Of a stretch of DNA of 51,716 nt, positions 50,807-51,716 are shown one piece after another; within the stretch, counting starts at the first letter, position 1, and the number at the start of each line of letters is the position of its first letter. The notes beneath the pieces were generated by a model. The model searched no databases. It was given only the letters and a program-made list of their open reading frames with translations, and was not told the origin of the DNA. A program made the position numbers and the translations under genes. The stretch comes from a bacterium. Its GTDB lineage: Bacteria > Patescibacteriota > Dojkabacteria > SC72. The DNA lies in assembly GCA_017958745.1 (NCBI GenBank), contig JAGDCC010000034.1, positions 1 to 51,716 on the forward strand, written 5' to 3'.

Positions 50807-51716
50807 TTATTTCTTTAAACAATACCTAGTAACAGGACCATTTCCAACTCTATATAATAAACCATCATTAACCATTTTATTTAACAAATTAGACGTAGTA
50901 GTCTTTTCTTTGTTAATTAATTTCTCTGCATAAGAACGAGAAATATAATCATTTTGCTTAAGATAATTGAGAATAATATCTGTATCGGATAAATGTCGCT
51001 TATAATCCTTATTTATTTTAGGCAATCTAATTACAAAAGTAGAAGGAAGAGCAGATACTTCCATCTTTAGATTCATATTGTTGTAATAATCTCCAATTCT
51101 TTTTAATCCATTACCAACGCCATCTAGATAATTAAGTCTTAAAAACATAGACTGCAAAAAAGGATTTCTAGATGTAGAAATGCCACCAACAACATCGTTA
51201 ACGGAAACATTCTCATTAAGAGAACCGTAATTTATAACCTCTATGCCACCATCTCTATATAAATTAATAAGGTTAGGTGTATTCTGTGTGTAATCTCTAT
51301 GTACAATAGAATTCAAAACAATCTCCTTAACAACAAAAGAAGGAAAAGCTTTCTTGCTATGTGTAATATTGTTTATAACGTAATCCAAAACATCTGTATA
51401 AACCTTAAACAAAGAACCACGGAAATCTTTCATATCCAGTAATTTCTCTTTATTGTTAGAATTATACAAAGCAATTTTGTAGTTGTAAGGATTATCATCT
51501 GAAATGAGTAGGGCAAGATTGGTAAATTCTCCTTTATCATCTATAAGATGCAGATTTGTCTGCACATCTTTATCATAGATATCTAATCCGTTATCTTTAA
51601 ATACATTTTCTGCTTGTACAAATGTAAGATTTTGTTTAACAGAGACACTAGTTTCAAAAGAGATTTTGTTGTTTCTAATTAATAACATCTTAATAGTATC
51701 CTCAGATGCAGGAACA
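50807..51716 (-). CDS. Schlafen/AlbA_2-associated HATPase_c_4 + winged-helix protein (often annotated as RecG-like ATP-binding transcriptional regulator); N-terminus runs off the right edge
   Basis: IVLNSIVHRDYTQNTPNLINLYRDGGIEVINYGSL and GGISTSRNPFLQSMFLRLNYLDGVGNGLKRI match my memory of the HATPase_c_4 region. The C-terminal SYAEKLINKEKTTTSNLLNKMVNDGLLYRVG is HTH-like. The frame stays open upstream of the track's Met (..VPASEDTIK-M) to position 51716. Confidence 0.65.
   Translation of the reverse strand, partial: VPASEDTIKMLLIRNNKISFETSVSVKQNLTFVQAENVFKDNGLDIYDKDVQTNLHLIDDKGEFTNLALLISDDNPYNYKIALYNSNNKEKLLDMKDFRGSLFKVYTDVLDYVINNITHSKKAFPSFVVKEIVLNSIVHRDYTQNTPNLINLYRDGGIEVINYGSLNENVSVNDVVGGISTSRNPFLQSMFLRLNYLDGVGNGLKRIGDYYNNMNLKMEVSALPSTFVIRLPKINKDYKRHLSDTDIILNYLKQNDYISRSYAEKLINKEKTTTSNLLNKMVNDGLLYRVGNGPVTRYCLKK

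Noticed and set aside
1-51716. Alternative genetic code (UGA recoding as in Gracilibacteria/Absconditabacteria), considered because of the CPR-like gene content; also TAA as a sense codon, considered because of the pepF interruption.
   Set aside because: Long conserved genes (dnaJ, infB, pheT, PBP1A, typA) are uninterrupted under the standard code. TGA terminates ftsI (32841..32843) and TAA terminates dnaJ and many others. A single in-frame TAA in pepF is better explained by mutation or sequencing error.

Overview
This is an AT-rich bacterial chromosome segment using the standard genetic code; ftsI, for example, ends in TGA and no conserved gene is interrupted by TGA. Gene content and style point to a reduced-genome organism with a Gram-positive-type envelope. 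It is most consistent with Candidate Phyla Radiation/Patescibacteria, but the lineage cannot be fixed from this window. Supporting traits are that most genes lack a Shine-Dalgarno (SD) sequence and sit 6-9 nt behind an extended -10 element, IF-2 is short (519 aa), ProRS and UMP kinase are archaeal-type, and a sortase is present. The housekeeping backbone is dnaJ, nusA-infB, comF, pyrH-like, greA, tRNA-Glu(CUC)+tRNA-Gln(CUG), pepF, an ABC exporter, ferredoxin/NUDIX/HIT, a DsbA-like oxidoreductase, proS, pheST, a PBP1A gene, a dcw core with murF divergent from mraZ-rsmH-ftsL-ftsI-mraY, tatD, pspC/liaF-like and typA. Three parts look accessory. (1) At 36.8-45.8 kb, three large secreted adhesin-type proteins each carry an N-terminal dockerin-like double calcium-loop module behind a colinear leader peptide. 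A small membrane-anchored cohesin-like protein is encoded among them. I interpret this as a candidate non-cellulosomal cohesin-dockerin surface-display system, and it is my top candidate for something undescribed. (2) At 14.2-14.6 kb, a 64-aa Asp/His-rich mini-protein with three HExxH motifs is translationally coupled (TAATG) to the M3B zinc peptidase PepF. The pepF N-terminus carries an in-frame TAA. (3) At 47.8-50.8 kb, higher-GC patches have canonical sigma70 promoters, strong GGAGG SD sites and a GTG start, unlike the rest of the window. They encode unknown acidic proteins and Cys-rich basic proteins, next to a Schlafen/HATPase_c_4-type regulator gene that runs off the right edge. I also read an open-ended 479-codon surface-protein ORF at the left edge (1..1437, minus) that is absent from the supplied ORF track. 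I found no CRISPR array, rRNA, transposase or reverse transcriptase.
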